Source of the DNA: Lama guanicoe
Lineage: Eukaryota
DNA length: 64,000 bases
Reading direction: 5' to 3'
NCBI GenBank assembly: GCA_013239625.1
Contig: MU054187.1
Location: 17,290,711-17,354,710, forward strand
The notes below the pieces were generated by a model that was given only the letters and a program-made list of their open reading frames with translations, did no database searches and had not been told where the DNA came from. The stretch's first letter is position 1, and each line of letters begins with the position of its first letter. This document shows, in pieces, positions 12,497 to 25,645 of the stretch. Position numbers and translations under genes: made by a program.

Positions 12497-13032
12497 CCAG
12501 AAAAGACTCTCAAAGGCTTCAGGGCTGTGGAGCAAATAAGTGCTGTATCCAAAATTCATTCCACTGAGCATACTGTTCTTCTTGCCAACCCTGGAAACTG
12601 AAGGTACATCTTTCTCCTGGATCTAAGCTCAGATCCTCTTTGCATCTGAAGCATTTTAGGGTGTATTCAGGATCTATTCTAAGCTTTCGTCTTTCTGGTT
12701 AAGTCTTTATTCTGCATATGAGTACTCACTTGGCACTTTGTTTTGATTTTGAGATCAGACTGTTTCAACCAAAGCTGGCTGAGAATCCATCAACCCATTC
12801 CTTCAGGAACAGGGGCTGCTTCACTGAAACTGTACCAATTCAGATTTTGGCCCATTCCTTTGGAATAGGAGCTGTTCTCTGGAAACTGGCTGAAAACCTT
12901 TGGCTTGGCTCCACTGGGACAAAGCTGTTTCCTTAGAACAAGCTAGCTGGTATTAGCTTGCAAGCTGGTTGAAATGAGCTGCTTGATTCATTTGAAAATT
13001 ATACTTTTACACTAGAGAAAAAACTCTGAGAA

Positions 13033-13265
13033 GTGGGATCCAAGGTATCTAAATATTTTGATGGTGCCCCCTTAAGGGAACTCTAGCCAATTTTATGTTT
13101 AAAAAGCATGTAACTTCCTCATGTGCATTTCTAACTAAATGGACCTACCTGATCAAAGACAATTTAAAATATCAACGGCTATGATGGGGAAATTTTGATA
13201 TCCCTAAACTTAATTTCCTTAAAACCAAATTGGATTACAATAGCTCAGAAATTTCCAAAACTAAC
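13033..13265 (+). pseudogene. Degenerate ERV1 gag (matrix) remnant
   Basis: Mutated start GTG GGA TCC (M-G-S). After a frameshift it reads GTLANFMFKKHVTSSCAFLTKWTYLIKDNLKYQRL*WGNFDIPKLNFLKTKLD, resembling class I ERV MA including the QWPxWGxFD-like motif. Confidence 0.65.
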
Positions 13266-13284
13266 TGAAATATCTATTTCAATT

Positions 13285-13557
13285 GATATTTTGAGTCAGC
13301 TGCCACATTCCTTAAGGGCAAAATGTCCAAATGATTTTGGCAAAATTCATAGCCTACCTCCCATCAGGATTCAGATAGATCCCTCAAAACATCTTCCCAG
13401 AATTAATCGGTACCCTATAAGTAAAGAAGGCCTTCAAGGCATAAAGCCCATAATAAAAGATAACAAGGCTTAAGACCTCATTATCCCTTGTATCAATCCC
13501 TATAACACTCTCATTTTACTGGTAAGAAAACCTAAGGGCCAAGGTGGGACGTTTTTC
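13285..13557 (+). pseudogene. Degenerate ERV1 pol remnant (reverse transcriptase N-terminus)
   Basis: DILSQLPHSLRAKCPNDFGKIHSLPPIRIQIDPSKHLPRINRYPISKEGLQGIKPIIKDNKA*DLIIPCINPYNTLILLVRKPKGQG matches the gammaretrovirus-like RT N-terminal pattern (QYPISxEAxxGIxPxI...G.LxPCxSPxNTPxLPVKKP). Contains an in-frame stop and is truncated before VQDLR. Confidence 0.85.
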
Positions 13558-13791
13558 TGTGGACAGTCACATTACTCTTAATAGTTCACATTATAAACCA
13601 TCAGTCTTTACTTAATTTGCCTCATTGTGACATATACATTATGATATATCACAGTGATACGCACAATCATAATCTTTTCTGTTCTTTACTAATGATATTC
13701 TAGGACTTTACATATGACATGTATGGCATGTACTGGAGCTTTCCAGTATTAACAGTGTCAAAATATGGAATAATTAAAATACAACAAAGGA

Positions 13792-14780
13792 ATCATTTAA
13801 CAAATATTTACTGAGTGTCCACTATGTGTAGGCACAATTCTAGATATTTGAAATACATTAGTGGACAAAACAAAATAAAAATTCAAGTCTTTAAAGAGCT
13901 TACCTTTTAGACAATAAACAATAAAGCAAGATAAATAAATTATATAATAATATGTTAGTGAAAATAAATGCTACTAAATAGTAAAATAAAAAGTAGAACA
14001 AGAGAAGGGAAGGCATAAATGAACATGTCAGATTTTGGCAAAGACTTAAAGAAGGTGAGGTAAAAGAGATGAAGATATTCCAGTAAAAAAGTGAGACCTG
14101 TATAAAGACTTTGAATTTGCTTGTGTGCCTGGTGTGGCAATGCAAGAATCAAGTGTGGTTGAGTAAAACAAAGGGGTGTATTAAGAGAATAAGAAAAGAT
14201 GGTGGTGGACAATTATGGTGGACTGACAGCCATTGTAAGGACTCTGAGTCTCAGAGTAAAATGAAAGGCAAAATAGGATTTTGAGCAAAGAATAACATGA
14301 TCTAACTCATGGTTTAAAAGAATCATTCTTGATACTCTTATAATACTAGACAGTTGGGCAACAACCATGGAAACTTTGTGGGGGTAAGAGGGAATTAAGA
14401 GGTTTCTACACTAATACATTCTGTATATCCTGGTGGCTCAGACCAAGGTGATAGAAGTGAAGGAAGTAGAGGCTGGTTGGAGTCTGGATATATTTTAAAG
14501 TTAGAACTGATGAAATTTCCTGGTGCATTGGATGCAGGATGTAAGAATGACTCCAAGCTTTTTGTACTGAGCAGTTGGTAGAATGGATTTGCCATCAAGA
14601 TGAATTGGGAAAACTTGGGAAAAACAGATTAAAGAATGAACAATAACAATTATTTTAATTTGGAATGTCTATTAGACATCCAAGTTGATACATCAAAGGA
14701 GTAGTTGAATATATGTGTCTAGATTTTGAGAGAGAAGTCTGGACTAGAGTCAAAAATTAGTAAATCATTACTGTGTATAT
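13792..14780 (-). mobile_element. L2 LINE 3' region
   Basis: CATTTAACAAATATTTACTGAGTGTCCACTATGTGTAGGCACAATTCTAG is the hallmark reversed L2 end. L2-like internal motifs follow (GGATTTTGAGCA, ATTAGACATCCAAGT, GCAGTTGG). Confidence 0.85.
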
Positions 14781-14799
14781 AGCATTCTCACTATCAACA

Positions 14800-15085
14800 G
14801 TTTGGGCAAATGGGTGGAAGGGAGTGAGACTACTCTGTCTGGTAGTGCAATGGTGGATACATTTCATTATACATTTGTCAAAGCTCTAGAACGTATAGTA
14901 CAAAAATTGAACCTTAATGTAGCCTATGAATTTTTTTGAATTAATATTATATCAGTACTGGCTCATCAACTTTAAGAAATTTACTCCACTAATTCAAAAT
15001 ATTAATAATAAAAGAAGTGGAGAGGAGGCCACATATGGAAACTGTACTTTTTGCTCAACCTTTATGTAAACTTGATACAAAAAGT
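14800..15085 (+). mobile_element. Old L1 (L1MC-type) 3'UTR fragment
   Basis: ATGGTGGATACATTTCATTATACATTTGTCAAAGCTCTAGAA...ATATGGAAACTGTACTTTTTGCTCAACCTTTATGTAAAC. Confidence 0.75.
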
Positions 15086-15204
15086 ACATTTTTATGTACT
15101 TGTATACATATATCTGGATTATAAGCCAAATAGATTTTTTACATGTAAAAATTAAATTAAATAATGTTTTATTAGTTTTGCACACAATGATCCTTTTATA
15201 ATTA

Positions 15205-15395
15205 GAAGGAATGGGGAGATGTTGATCAAATAGTTCAAGCTTCCAATAATAAGATAAGTACAGTCTGAGGATTTGATGTATAACATGGTGACAATAATTA
15301 ACAATATTGTATTATATACCTGAAAGTTGCTAAGAGAGTAGATCTTAAATGTTCTTACCTTCAACTTCCCCCCCCAAAAAAGGCTAACTTCACAG
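15205..15395 (+). mobile_element. L1 (L1MA-type) 3'UTR fragment
   Basis: GGGAGATGTTGATCAAA...GTATAACATGGTGACAATAATTAACAATATTGTATTATATACCTGAAAGTTGCTAAGAGAGTAGATCTTAAATGTTCT. Confidence 0.8.
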
Positions 15396-16703
15396 AGACG
15401 TACTGAAACCCTCACATCACTGTATAAACAAAATGTGAAGCCAAAGGAAATGGACAAAAAATTATTATTTTATGAATTTTGCCATCAGATATTTACTCTG
15501 ACTCCCCACGAAAAAGTTATAGCTTTGCACAACCATAAAATAATTCTCATTATTTCAAAGAAAGAATTTTATGGGATTTTTTAAAAGAGGAAGCTCAGCC
15601 TAAAGTAATCTTGTTCACAATGGTTACTCTTTTCTACCAACAAATTTCAGTGTCCTTTCAAAGTCCACCAAAGTTCTGTTTTACCCATAATGAAAACAAA
15701 TAAAAATAGTTGAGACATTTGTCTCCAAAACAAAGTTGAATTTGGATTGTTTTTTCTAACGGCTTCATCCGAAAGTAATCCAATAAAGAAACAGGCAGTT
15801 TGGGAAGATTAAAAAGACTCTATTATGTAAAATTCAGCTATAAATTCTTTACGGATTACTAGTTGATTTTAATGTTGTTAGTTTTAAACATGTATTTCCC
15901 ATAATTACTTCAAATCAGCTGAGCCTTTTTCTTGTTTAAAATATTTGGAAAAAAGAAAAAAATCATGCTGGTGTTTTTAAGGCTCTGTTTATGCTGTTAT
16001 AACATGTTAAATTGTTCATTTTTTAAATCTTTGGTTCTTCTACTAGGTATGCCTTGTTAAGCATTTTAATAGATATTTTATTAACTGCTATACAATATAT
16101 CTATAAAGAAAATGTTTCCTTCTGGTGAATACTGGAGGAAATCTCAGGAAGATATCTCAGTTTGTGCATTGAGATTGGATGCCAGCTTCTGGCTCTAGTT
16201 CCGGTCCTTCCCATTCCAGCTCTGCCTCCCACCAGTTCTGATGTTGTCATAATCTCTTCCTTACAAATGTATGATAATAAGGCATTAAAATTCAATAATA
16301 TGGCACTAACATGCTGGCCTCACTGCTTCTTTCATATCTCATTCCCAGCTTCTCTGAATCTTGGAATGCCAACACTTTTTTAAGGATAAAGGAAGAGTTT
16401 CTCAAGTATTCATACAAGGCCATTCAAGGCATTGCTTGCATAGAAGTAGAAGCGTATACATTCTTTTATTCTCTAAGATTTGGATGGACTTATGTATATG
16501 GTTGATAGCAGGGCAATGCTAAAATTAAGTCAACCTCTGCAACCCTCTATTAAATCAATAATGATGTGATCCACTTGAGGCAAGACACTGAAAAGTATAA
16601 ATATATTACAGCTGCACGGGTTGTCAAAATTTCTATGGGCTTTTATTCTGAATAGTTGGAGTTCTTATGAGATTCCATTTTAGCACTGAGAACAGTAAGA
16701 CAG

Positions 16704-16725
16704 CACACACACACACACACACACA
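16704..16725. repeat. (CA)n microsatellite
   Basis: About 11 CA units. Confidence 0.9.
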
Positions 16726-16834
16726 AATGAATTTAGTATTAAAGGAAACACTAAAAGATTTGAAATAAATTTGAGTTAAATGCCCATCAAAATTAACTCA
16801 CACAAACATGTACACCCTCTCAGGGAGTCATCAT

Positions 16835-17080
16835 TGATAGTCTGGTTCCAGCCCCTTCAACTCCTCACTAGCTCATTTGCTTGTTTTGGAACGTTGGACA
16901 AAACATTTAAACTTCCTGTCTTTACACTGTATTTCTGAAGGATGGGAGTAGTAATAGTCCTTAATTTGTAGAACAGTTGTGTGTGGACTGAAAAAAAAGA
17001 AACAAAAAGATAGTAAATGTAAATCACTTAAAGCAGTGCCAGGCACATAATATTAATACTCCACATACGTTCACTATCTT
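16835..17080 (+). mobile_element. MIR SINE remnant
   Basis: ...TTGGACAAAACATTTAAACTTCCTGTC...GTAAATCACTTAAAGCAGTGCCAGGCACATAATATTAATACTC resembles the MIR core and 3' end. Confidence 0.7.
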
Positions 17081-20000
17081 CATGATTTTTTTCAAATGGG
17101 AACTAACAGTAGATCACTCCTTAATTGATTCCCTAGGAAATAAATAGTTTACACTAAACTAAACCTAAATAATATATATAAAGCAATGGTATTTGCATAA
17201 TATTATCGAAATATTGGGGGGTTGAAACTGAAGAAAAGATGGCAAATTAAGTGGACACAGAAAGTTTTACAAATATATATATAAATATATAGTTCTTTGA
17301 AGTAAGGAATATTATTAGGTATTTTCACTTGGTACAGTTTCCTAAAGAGATTCTCATGTTTCTAGTTACTGCAGAGCAAACGTGAAGGAAGGAGGCAGAA
17401 GACTTCTGACTTTGTTAGAATTGCTCCCACATCTAGGTAGGAAGGGATGCATTAAAATAAATTATAATCATTGAGAACTTCATATGAAGTCCATGAAGTA
17501 GAAAGAAAACTTTACAAAGTATTAGTTCACTCAGTGTATATATATATATACACACACAGAGTATTAATTAATTAATATATATAAATTTCTATATATATAC
17601 ATATATATATATAGGCACCTACTCCATTCCAGGCATTGTTCTAAGCCCTTGGAACACATTCAACAAAATAGCTAAGACTTTCTACTTCTAAGCATTTACA
17701 TTTACATTCTATATCAGTGCCTTTAATTAGGACGCATGGCGTTTTAAGAGCTGGGCTCTGTTTACCCCCCAGCCTCGTTCCCTGGCTCTCCCACACACGT
17801 AGCCTCCACTTCAGCCTTCTCTCCCTTTTGCATCTGTACTGCCCTTCATTTTTCTTTCTCTCACCTGTTTAATGACTCCATTAAAAAAATTCAGCTCCAT
17901 CCTCTTTTGCCGGTCTCAGCCTCAGTTTGTACCTCGAGAACTCCCTTAATTCCCTAGCCAGTTGACTCAAGAGGGGTGCAAGAAAGAGACCTGGGGAGGC
18001 GGAGTGACTATCTCTGTGTGGACTTAGAGGGAAGCAGGTCCTGCGCATTCTCATAGGGCATTTTTGGGAAGTCATAAGAAGAGAATGAATTGAATTTTTT
18101 TTCTCAATTTAAGAAATATACTTAAAAATGGACACGTTACCTGCACTTCTGATCCTATTTTACAAATAAATTATGGGAATTAAAAAAGAAAGTCAAGTCT
18201 TAAGAAGAATTCCTTTTCCTTTGTGGGCCAAAAATATTCCATCAATACTTTATAAGAGCAAAGAGCTAGGACTGTGTCTATATTTTAGACAGGCAATTCT
18301 GGGATCTGAGTGGAGGAAGGAGACAATTGAAAATGCTGGAGACCATTATTTTCAGCTTCCTGAATATGCAGGTTCCAAACTCTTTAATAATCAGCACATC
18401 CCTAGACTTTCTGAGAATATGAATTTATTGCTAACAATTTCAAAAGTTTGAAACAAGTGTTTCGCAGTTTGTACGTGAAGAAAATGTATTACTCACATGA
18501 ATTGTGTTCTTTGAAAATTCATCAGCCTTACTATTGTTAATGAAATATTTAGTTTGTTTTTTTTAAAGTATTGTAAGTCTAATGTACATATATTTAAATA
18601 TTAACTGAAAACAAGGACCCATGGAAGAGGTCCAGAATTTGTTCAATGGATGGAGATATATATCCCATCTTATTAAAGATTAGTAACATATTTTACTAGG
18701 ATTTACAGCATTTAACAAAATATAACTGACAGAGTGACACACTGTGTTCTTTTCTCTGAGTCTCACAAGCCTGATATCTATAAGGAATAATAAAGATACC
18801 ATGTTCTCTAAAAAAATGAGTGGACAAAAGTTTATCAAGTTCATTAAATTTGAGGTCTGCCATTGTCAAATTGCTTTAAGCAGCAAACTATTAGAGATGT
18901 GATGCATTTGGTGAGAGTTTCAAAATTTGGGGCATAAATTCTTTTGTTCCATCATTTCTTAATGCAACTGGCTATGAGACACAGTTTACATGGTAGAATG
19001 CATGGCAAGAGTTTTAAGTATCTGAACATGGATTTGAGTAACTGTGCTTAATCTGGAAAGTTTAATCAGTTCTGTCAACACTACGCATGTCAGAGTTGTT
19101 GGGCAGCATGGTAATGTGACCTCATTAAATTAATACTTGTGACGAGGATGAAAATGACCACTGAATATCAGAATAAATAATGCATGCTCTTGTGTTCCTT
19201 TACCACTGCCGCTTTAGGCATCTGGGGAAATTAATAAGGGTTATTGTGTCAATCAGGCAAATCAGAAGTAAAAAGAAATCTTCAATTAGTCATGGTATTT
19301 TACAACAATCCCTTTGGAAAAAAAAGAGAACCCTATTAATAAAAAAGCATTATGCCTTCTGTTGCCGTTGACAAACAGTGGTAAGCTTCTCCGGGGACAT
19401 CATGTATGAGAGATTCATAATGAAGTTTTCCTGGTAAATTCCTGGAAAATCATTCCAACTGCAAGATCTTAGCAGTTCTGGGGTATGAACCCCTTCGGGG
19501 CCTCATCTAAAGAGGTTTTCCTCCTGGTCTTCACAGAATGAGCTGGGTCCTTTGCAGCATGCTGCCAGGTGCTGCCACAGTTAAAAAGCTGAAACTGCCC
19601 CTTGCACCAGCAAATTTGGTTAATCAGGAAACTTCTGAGGGATCATTCAGGGATTTATCAGCATCTCCCCCACATGTTACCAGCCTTGAGACACTCACAG
19701 TGCAAACAGGTTTCTGCAGACTTTGTACAGATTATTAGGTGCAACTTCTCAGTCATTACATTGGGGCTTATTCCTAGAAGTTTCAGATTAACTGGTGATC
19801 AAGAGTGAATTGGAATGAGACGTTCAAAGGGGAGGAGTTTTCATCGGGGTCAAACTGTAGAGTGCCGTACCTTTTGGGGTGTTAGCCTTAAGTCCTTTCA
19901 TCTAAAAAAACAGAAAAAAAGATACTCATTTCTTGTTAGGATGTATTTTCCATGCCTTAGCCATCTCAGGAATTCGGTATTTCCCCCACTACTCCCTACG

Positions 20001-20146
20001 ATTTTACTTTCACTACTAAGGGAGGAAACAAACTGTCGTTAGACACTTTTCGTCCTAAAATTGAAAGTCAAATAATAGCAGACATTCAGCACTGAAATGA
20101 TCATCAAGTTTAGGACAAAAGACATCAAGAGGAGTGGTTGATACTT

Positions 20147-20279
20147 TTTTTTTTAATTGAAGTTTAGTCAGTTACAATGTGTCAATTTCTGGTGTACAGC
20201 ATAATGTCCCTGTCAAGCATATATATACATATATTCATTTTCACATTCTTTTTCATTAAAGATCACCATAAGACATTGA
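20147..20279 (-). mobile_element. Short 5'-truncated L1 3' end with TSD
   Basis: Poly-T + AATTGAAGTTTAGTCAGTTACAATGTGTCAATTTCTGGTGTACAG. 15-bp TSD GAGTGGTTGATACTT (20132-20146) / GAGTGATTGATACTT (20280-20294). Confidence 0.85.
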
Positions 20280-22664
20280 GAGTGATTGATACTTAACACT
20301 ATTTTGAATAGTCTTGAAAAGAATCATTCAGTGTTCATATATATTTCATTTTAAGCAAATACTGAGACCTGGAAATAGTTACTTTGCCCCATTTTTTAGC
20401 AGGTTTACTTTTAAAACTCTATTTTTGAGCAGAATAGAGCCTTGACTTTGAGAGTAGGACCATGTTTTAAAACAGCAAGACATACTAAGAAAGCGATTGC
20501 TAATTATCCCATGTAGTCACCTCGAGAATTAATGCCTATCATACAATATGTATACATATAAGTACATACAATACATATGAAGAATGTACATATATTTATA
20601 ATTTCAAATAAACAAATTAAATTCAGACTTGCTATTACAGTATTTTTAGACTTTCACAATAGCAGCTCTCAGGTACTCTGGCACCATTGTCAATGAGTTT
20701 ATATGTGCTATGCATGTTTATATTTAGAAAGAAAGTTATATATCACTAGATAATAGTATTTTCATAAAACCTTATTTTATTAGTTGTACTTTCAAACTTC
20801 TTGAAACAGAGAGATACATATATTTAAAAGTTCAATCATTTATCAAGATGTTGAACATAAAACCTAGTTGTGAAAAAAAGTAAGGGATGTTACTGATGCA
20901 AGCATGCTTCTCAACATACATACACAATAATCAGAACAGACTTGAAAAATATATGAGACATAAGTTAATATTTTATGGTCACAAAAAAGGAATATGTTAT
21001 GACAAAAATAAAGTAAGAACACTGTGTACCATGTATGTATTTTTCATCAGCATAAGGTTATGACCTTGGAAACTCATTTAAAGCTTCTTTCTCATAAGTT
21101 ACAAGATATAATCATCAATGTAGTAACAAATTATATGACACAGTGCTATTATTTCTTTTATTTATCTATGATATTACCTCTCTCTTTACCTAGCTAAAGC
21201 AACTTGGGGGTTATAGTGAGACATAAAGGCACATTGATTCATTATTAATAGAATTCTTTTGTGTAAAATAGCTTTTAAACATGCCAAGGAGAAAATACAA
21301 CTGAGATCTGAATATAGGGACAGAAATTAAATGTGGATCTTGCCCGAATTGCAAGTTTCACACAGTGCAAAACAGCAATAATGTTTATAAATCTATCTAC
21401 TATGGTTTTCCAGTAGTCAATGCACAAGGCTATACCTAGGAAGAGCATTAGTCCTTGTCCATTGTTAGACATAATTGTTTTTCTTGAGGAAGTAGGTCTT
21501 TTAGAGGAATGGCTCCCCAGAGAGAGAGAAGGATATTAAGATAGAGAGTCCAGGTAGGAGCCTCTAGAGAAAGTCATGAATAGATCATCACACACAAAAT
21601 GTTATTTTTCTCATCAACAAATGAGGGATATTTTTTAAAAAAAATCTGTAAAAAAATAAAGCATTCTAAATTAACAGGATTGCATGTTTAAAACTACTTT
21701 TAGTAGTTATGTGACTCCAGGAGTCACAATTTAAATTCAGAATTGAAAGGGACTATAAAAGACATTTGTTTATTTTTTGCCTATGGAAAAATGGATTCAT
21801 TCATTCATTCATTCATTCATGGATCAGTTAAAAGACATTTATTGCATGCTTTAGTACAAGACACCACATTGTGTTTTGATTTTCATATTGAGATATATTT
21901 AAGTAGATATTTATTGCTATCAGAAGATCGCAGGCATTTTAAGATTCAGGTTGTGAGGTGAAAGATACGAGTTACCTTCATCAATTACTTGTTTACAATA
22001 TGCCCCACGAGATCGCATATAAAACTGAATATTTATCATGTTCCAAAAAATTGCACCCACTCCTGCATTGGCAGCTGTCTTTCTTCATCATTTGACAAAA
22101 CTAACTGTATCAGGCAATGTTCTAGGTCTGAGATTAAAAAGAGGTGAGGGGGCACGGAGGAAGATGGGCCGGCCTACACATGCTTAAATTCAACTGGGAA
22201 TAAACATGCAAAGCATTGTGTTATATATAATAATTTTGTAGATTCACAGGGATGTGTATGGTGTGGAGTGAGTGCTCGGGGCTGCGAGATTTAGTCAGGG
22301 TGACCCAGTGAAGTCAGAGGAAGTTTTCTGCAAGGAGGCAGCCTTCGAGGTGATACACCAGGGTTGAACTGAAATATTTCAGAGTGGAATGCAGGACAAT
22401 GAGATTTTAGATATTAAGGAGTTTTCTGGGAATCTGAAGTAATTCAAAACTTTGGGTGACAAAATACAAGCAAGAAATCTGGAGAGACAGGGAAGGTGAT
22501 GGAGGACAAAGAATTCAAAAAGACATTCTTGAAATACAGCAGGTTCTTTAAAATTATTTATTAAGCTAATGAAGTTTTGATTTCGGCCATAAGAAGATAC
22601 AGAAGTCCTTTCAAAGAACCTGGGTGAAATGTGTATCTAAGCAACATCGTAATTCTGCCATAAG

Positions 22665-22815
22665 GAGGGAGGGTAAAAGCTCAGGTGTGGTAGAACACAT
22701 GCTTGGTATGCACAAGGTCCTGGGTTTGATCCCCAATAGCTCCTCTAAAACCAACTAAATAAATAAACCAACTACCTCCCTCTGCAGTGTCTACCTGAAA
22801 ATAGAACCCCAAGCA
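22665..22815 (+). mobile_element. tRNA-derived SINE (Vic-1-like)
   Basis: GGGAGGGTAAAAGCTCAGGTGTGGTAGAACACATGCTTGGTATGCACAAGGTCCTGGGTTTGATCCCCAATAGCTCC. TSD-like TCTGCCATAAG (22654-22664) / TCTGCCATGAG (22820-22830). Confidence 0.85.
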
Positions 22816-25149
22816 TGAGTCTGCCATGAGTCTTTCAGCAGCCACTTCCATGGGACTGTAATGTTATTTCTCTTACTCCACTCCCAGCAAATGTTGCAGA
22901 GGACCTTGGTCATGTGCCCACTGGTGCTATTTCCTCATTTTCCCTTGTTGAGAATGTGGACTTGGTGTTTATCTGGACCATTTTCTAGCTCCAGCCTCTC
23001 TAGCCTACCTGTCTGCCTCCCTCTGTATGACAAACTGCGTTTGGCTTTTCTTTTCACAGGACAGGTGCAATTCAGAGCTAGCTTCAAGGCCTCTTCTCTC
23101 AGTAGAGTGTCACTTGTTGTTTCCCATCTATATAATCCTTCCATTTGGTGCTAGTGTTTCTTTATTTCTGCCTTTTTCCCCTCACTCTATTCCAGTACCC
23201 CAGACAGGACAACAGACGAGACCCCCTAGTCCTTTCTGAATACACAAAAGTCATACATTATGGTTACATTGTTAGAGCAACTTGCAAGTTCTCAAATTAC
23301 ACAGGATGTTAATACAGCAACATTTATTTGCAAACTGAACCTCAGACTAGAGTTACGCGGCTCTTAGGACAATCATCAAAGAATAGGTTAATATATGTAG
23401 GAAAGTATAAATGTTTTCCTCTTTTTCATTACCAAAATCATGAGACTCCCAAGTTAGCTCAAAGCACCCATCTGTAGAGATGAGGATTAATACTACAGAG
23501 AAGGAATGTCAAGTAAAGAATGAGTATTGCTCTTTATGTTATACTTATTAAAACTCCCCCAAAAGCTAGGCAATTGATACAGTCACCTAGCTAAACAGAA
23601 ACAGTATTAGAAGTAGAAGCAATTCTAGCTGGCTGCAGAGTTCATGTCTGTTTTCAGGACTACTGCCCACGGTTTGACTTGGTTCTACTGGAGAGAATTC
23701 TTCGTCTCCATATTCCCAGTTTGAGAATTTTGGACTTCCATGGACCAGGTGAGATAAATTGATACCACAAAGGACAGAGAGAAATGAAGACAGACTGACA
23801 TTTAAGAGCTTCAATTTTAAGGGAAAAATGACCTTTCTTTTTTACTCTCAGGTAATGACATTGAAACATTGAGTAGAGATCAAAAGATCAAGCAGAGGAC
23901 CAAACTGGGAGACCTTTAGTCTGGACACTGCCCTTTGGACGGCATTACAGGCTACTTCTTCCAAACTCCGTTGACCTTAGAAAGACCAGTTCCTGTCACT
24001 TTTTTCTATTTATGATGATTCTTGCATCAATTCTTCAACTACTTCTAGGTCAAAAGAAATCATATTCTGGAACATTATAATTTCAGAAAAAAGGCTTTAT
24101 GATAAATTATGGTTTGGGGACACATGCTTACAAGTTGTTTTCTTCTTTTAATAAGCACAGTTTAACAAAATTCTAAAATTCTGGAGGCAACATTGAACTA
24201 AATACTTGTCTAGCAATCAACTGTCAACAACTTTGTTAATTAAGTGTATTATTTCTGTTGTGAGGTATGGCTTATCGGACTAAAAGAGGAAGGATTGTTT
24301 TAAAAATAAGTTGTGATAAGCATACTTAACTTCTTATCTGTGATCTAGTTTATAATTCAGTTTCCAAGCTTACAATTTTGGCATTGAAGAATGCAACTTA
24401 TATAAAAGAGCTTCTTTTGAGTTTGATTAGTAATATTAAATATACTAAGATATTTTGTAATCCTTACAAACGCAAGTCCATTTACATTGCATCATAATAT
24501 TTTAGCTCCACCATCCTCTTTTATACACATCTGTTATTTACTAGTTTTTAGTTATCTGGGAAGATAAATGTTTCTGTGTTAAGCCTATGTTAAGCCTTCT
24601 AGTTAGTTCCTTACATCCATTTACATTTTTACTGAAAATGAAAGTGGTGAATTTCTAAAATGTTATGGAAGGAATAATTAAAATAAAAATAGATTAAAAT
24701 AGATTAAAATAAAACTTTTTGGTAGGAAATGTAGGAGACATACAGAGGAACAACAGACTTAGTTGTTTAAAAGTGCACTTTGAAAGTCATGAGATGAGGT
24801 AAAAGTTATTTTAGATTTACTGCAGTAACAGAAAAAAAACTAAGATTGTCACAAATACATTATTACTCAAACACCTGAATTTTTGGAGAGTGGATTATTT
24901 AGAAAAATATGAATGTAGTCTCATTTGACACATGGGCTGTTTTCCACCAAACAGTAAGAGTTATTCATGAATCTGTCTAAGTGGAAGTAATTGTACTCTA
25001 TTGTTTTCACATGTTAACAAAAGAAATACCTTTAAGCCAAACCAGTCATAGCGAGATGTTAAAGTAATGGTATGTTCATTGCTCAGTCTCACTTGTTATA
25101 CACTACAGTCCTTCCCCATCCAGCTCAAAGGTTGGATTAAATGGCGGGG

Positions 25150-25393
25150 ATTAAGAGCTCAATTGTGTCCCATCAAAATTCACATGTTGAAGTCCTAACT
25201 CCCAGTACCTCAGTGTGTAACTCTGTTTGGAAACAGGAACAGATATTTCCCTGGTGCCTTCAGAGGAGGCACGGCCCTGCTGACACCTTGCTCATGGACT
25301 TCCAGCCTCCACAGTTGTAAGACAACAGATTCCTAGTGTTAAAGTTACTCCCTTTTGTGGTACTTTGTAATGGTAGCCTTAGCAAACTTACAC
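25150..25393 (+). mobile_element. MaLR MLT1 (B/C-like) LTR, internally deleted
   Basis: AATTGTGTCCCATCAAAATTCACATGTTGAAGTCCTAACTCCCAGTACCTC...GCCCTGCTGACACCTTG...GGACTTCCAGCCTCCA...TGTGGTACTTTGTAATGGTAGCCTTAGCAAACTTACACA. Confidence 0.85.
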
Positions 25394-25467
25394 AGAGGGA
25401 GCGTATACCTGATATTTCAGGAGTTCATGTAGACTCTTGGCCTTTAATTTGGAAGTTAAAAATATCA

Positions 25468-25645
25468 GGGGTGGGCACAGCTCAGTGGTAAGGTGCCTTC
25501 CTCACATCTGTGAGGTTCTGGGTTCAATCCCCAGCACCTCCATTAAAATAAATAAATAAACAAACAAACAAACAAACAAACCAACCTAATTACCCCCCAA
25601 GAATAAAAAATTAAAAACGTAAGTAAATTTTAAAATTAAATAAAT
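25468..25645 (+). mobile_element. tRNA-derived SINE (Vic-1-like)
   Basis: GGGGTGGGCACAGCTCAGTGGTAAG...GAGGTTCTGGGTTCAATCCCCAGCACCTCCATTAAAATAAATAAATAAA...ACCTAATTACCCCCC plus A-rich tail. Confidence 0.85.

Noticed and set aside
12205..12601. Overlapping 115-aa (-) and 99-aa (+) ORFs
   Set aside because: They lie over an ERV LTR and PBS and have no protein-like features.
13195..13473. 92-aa ORF as a domesticated retroviral gene
   Set aside because: Non-ATG start, chimeric across a deletion junction, and the RT frame is broken by a stop before the catalytic motifs.
24679..24714. Short direct repeat (ATTAAAATAG) units
   Set aside because: Simple slippage duplication with no spacers; not CRISPR-like or otherwise structured.
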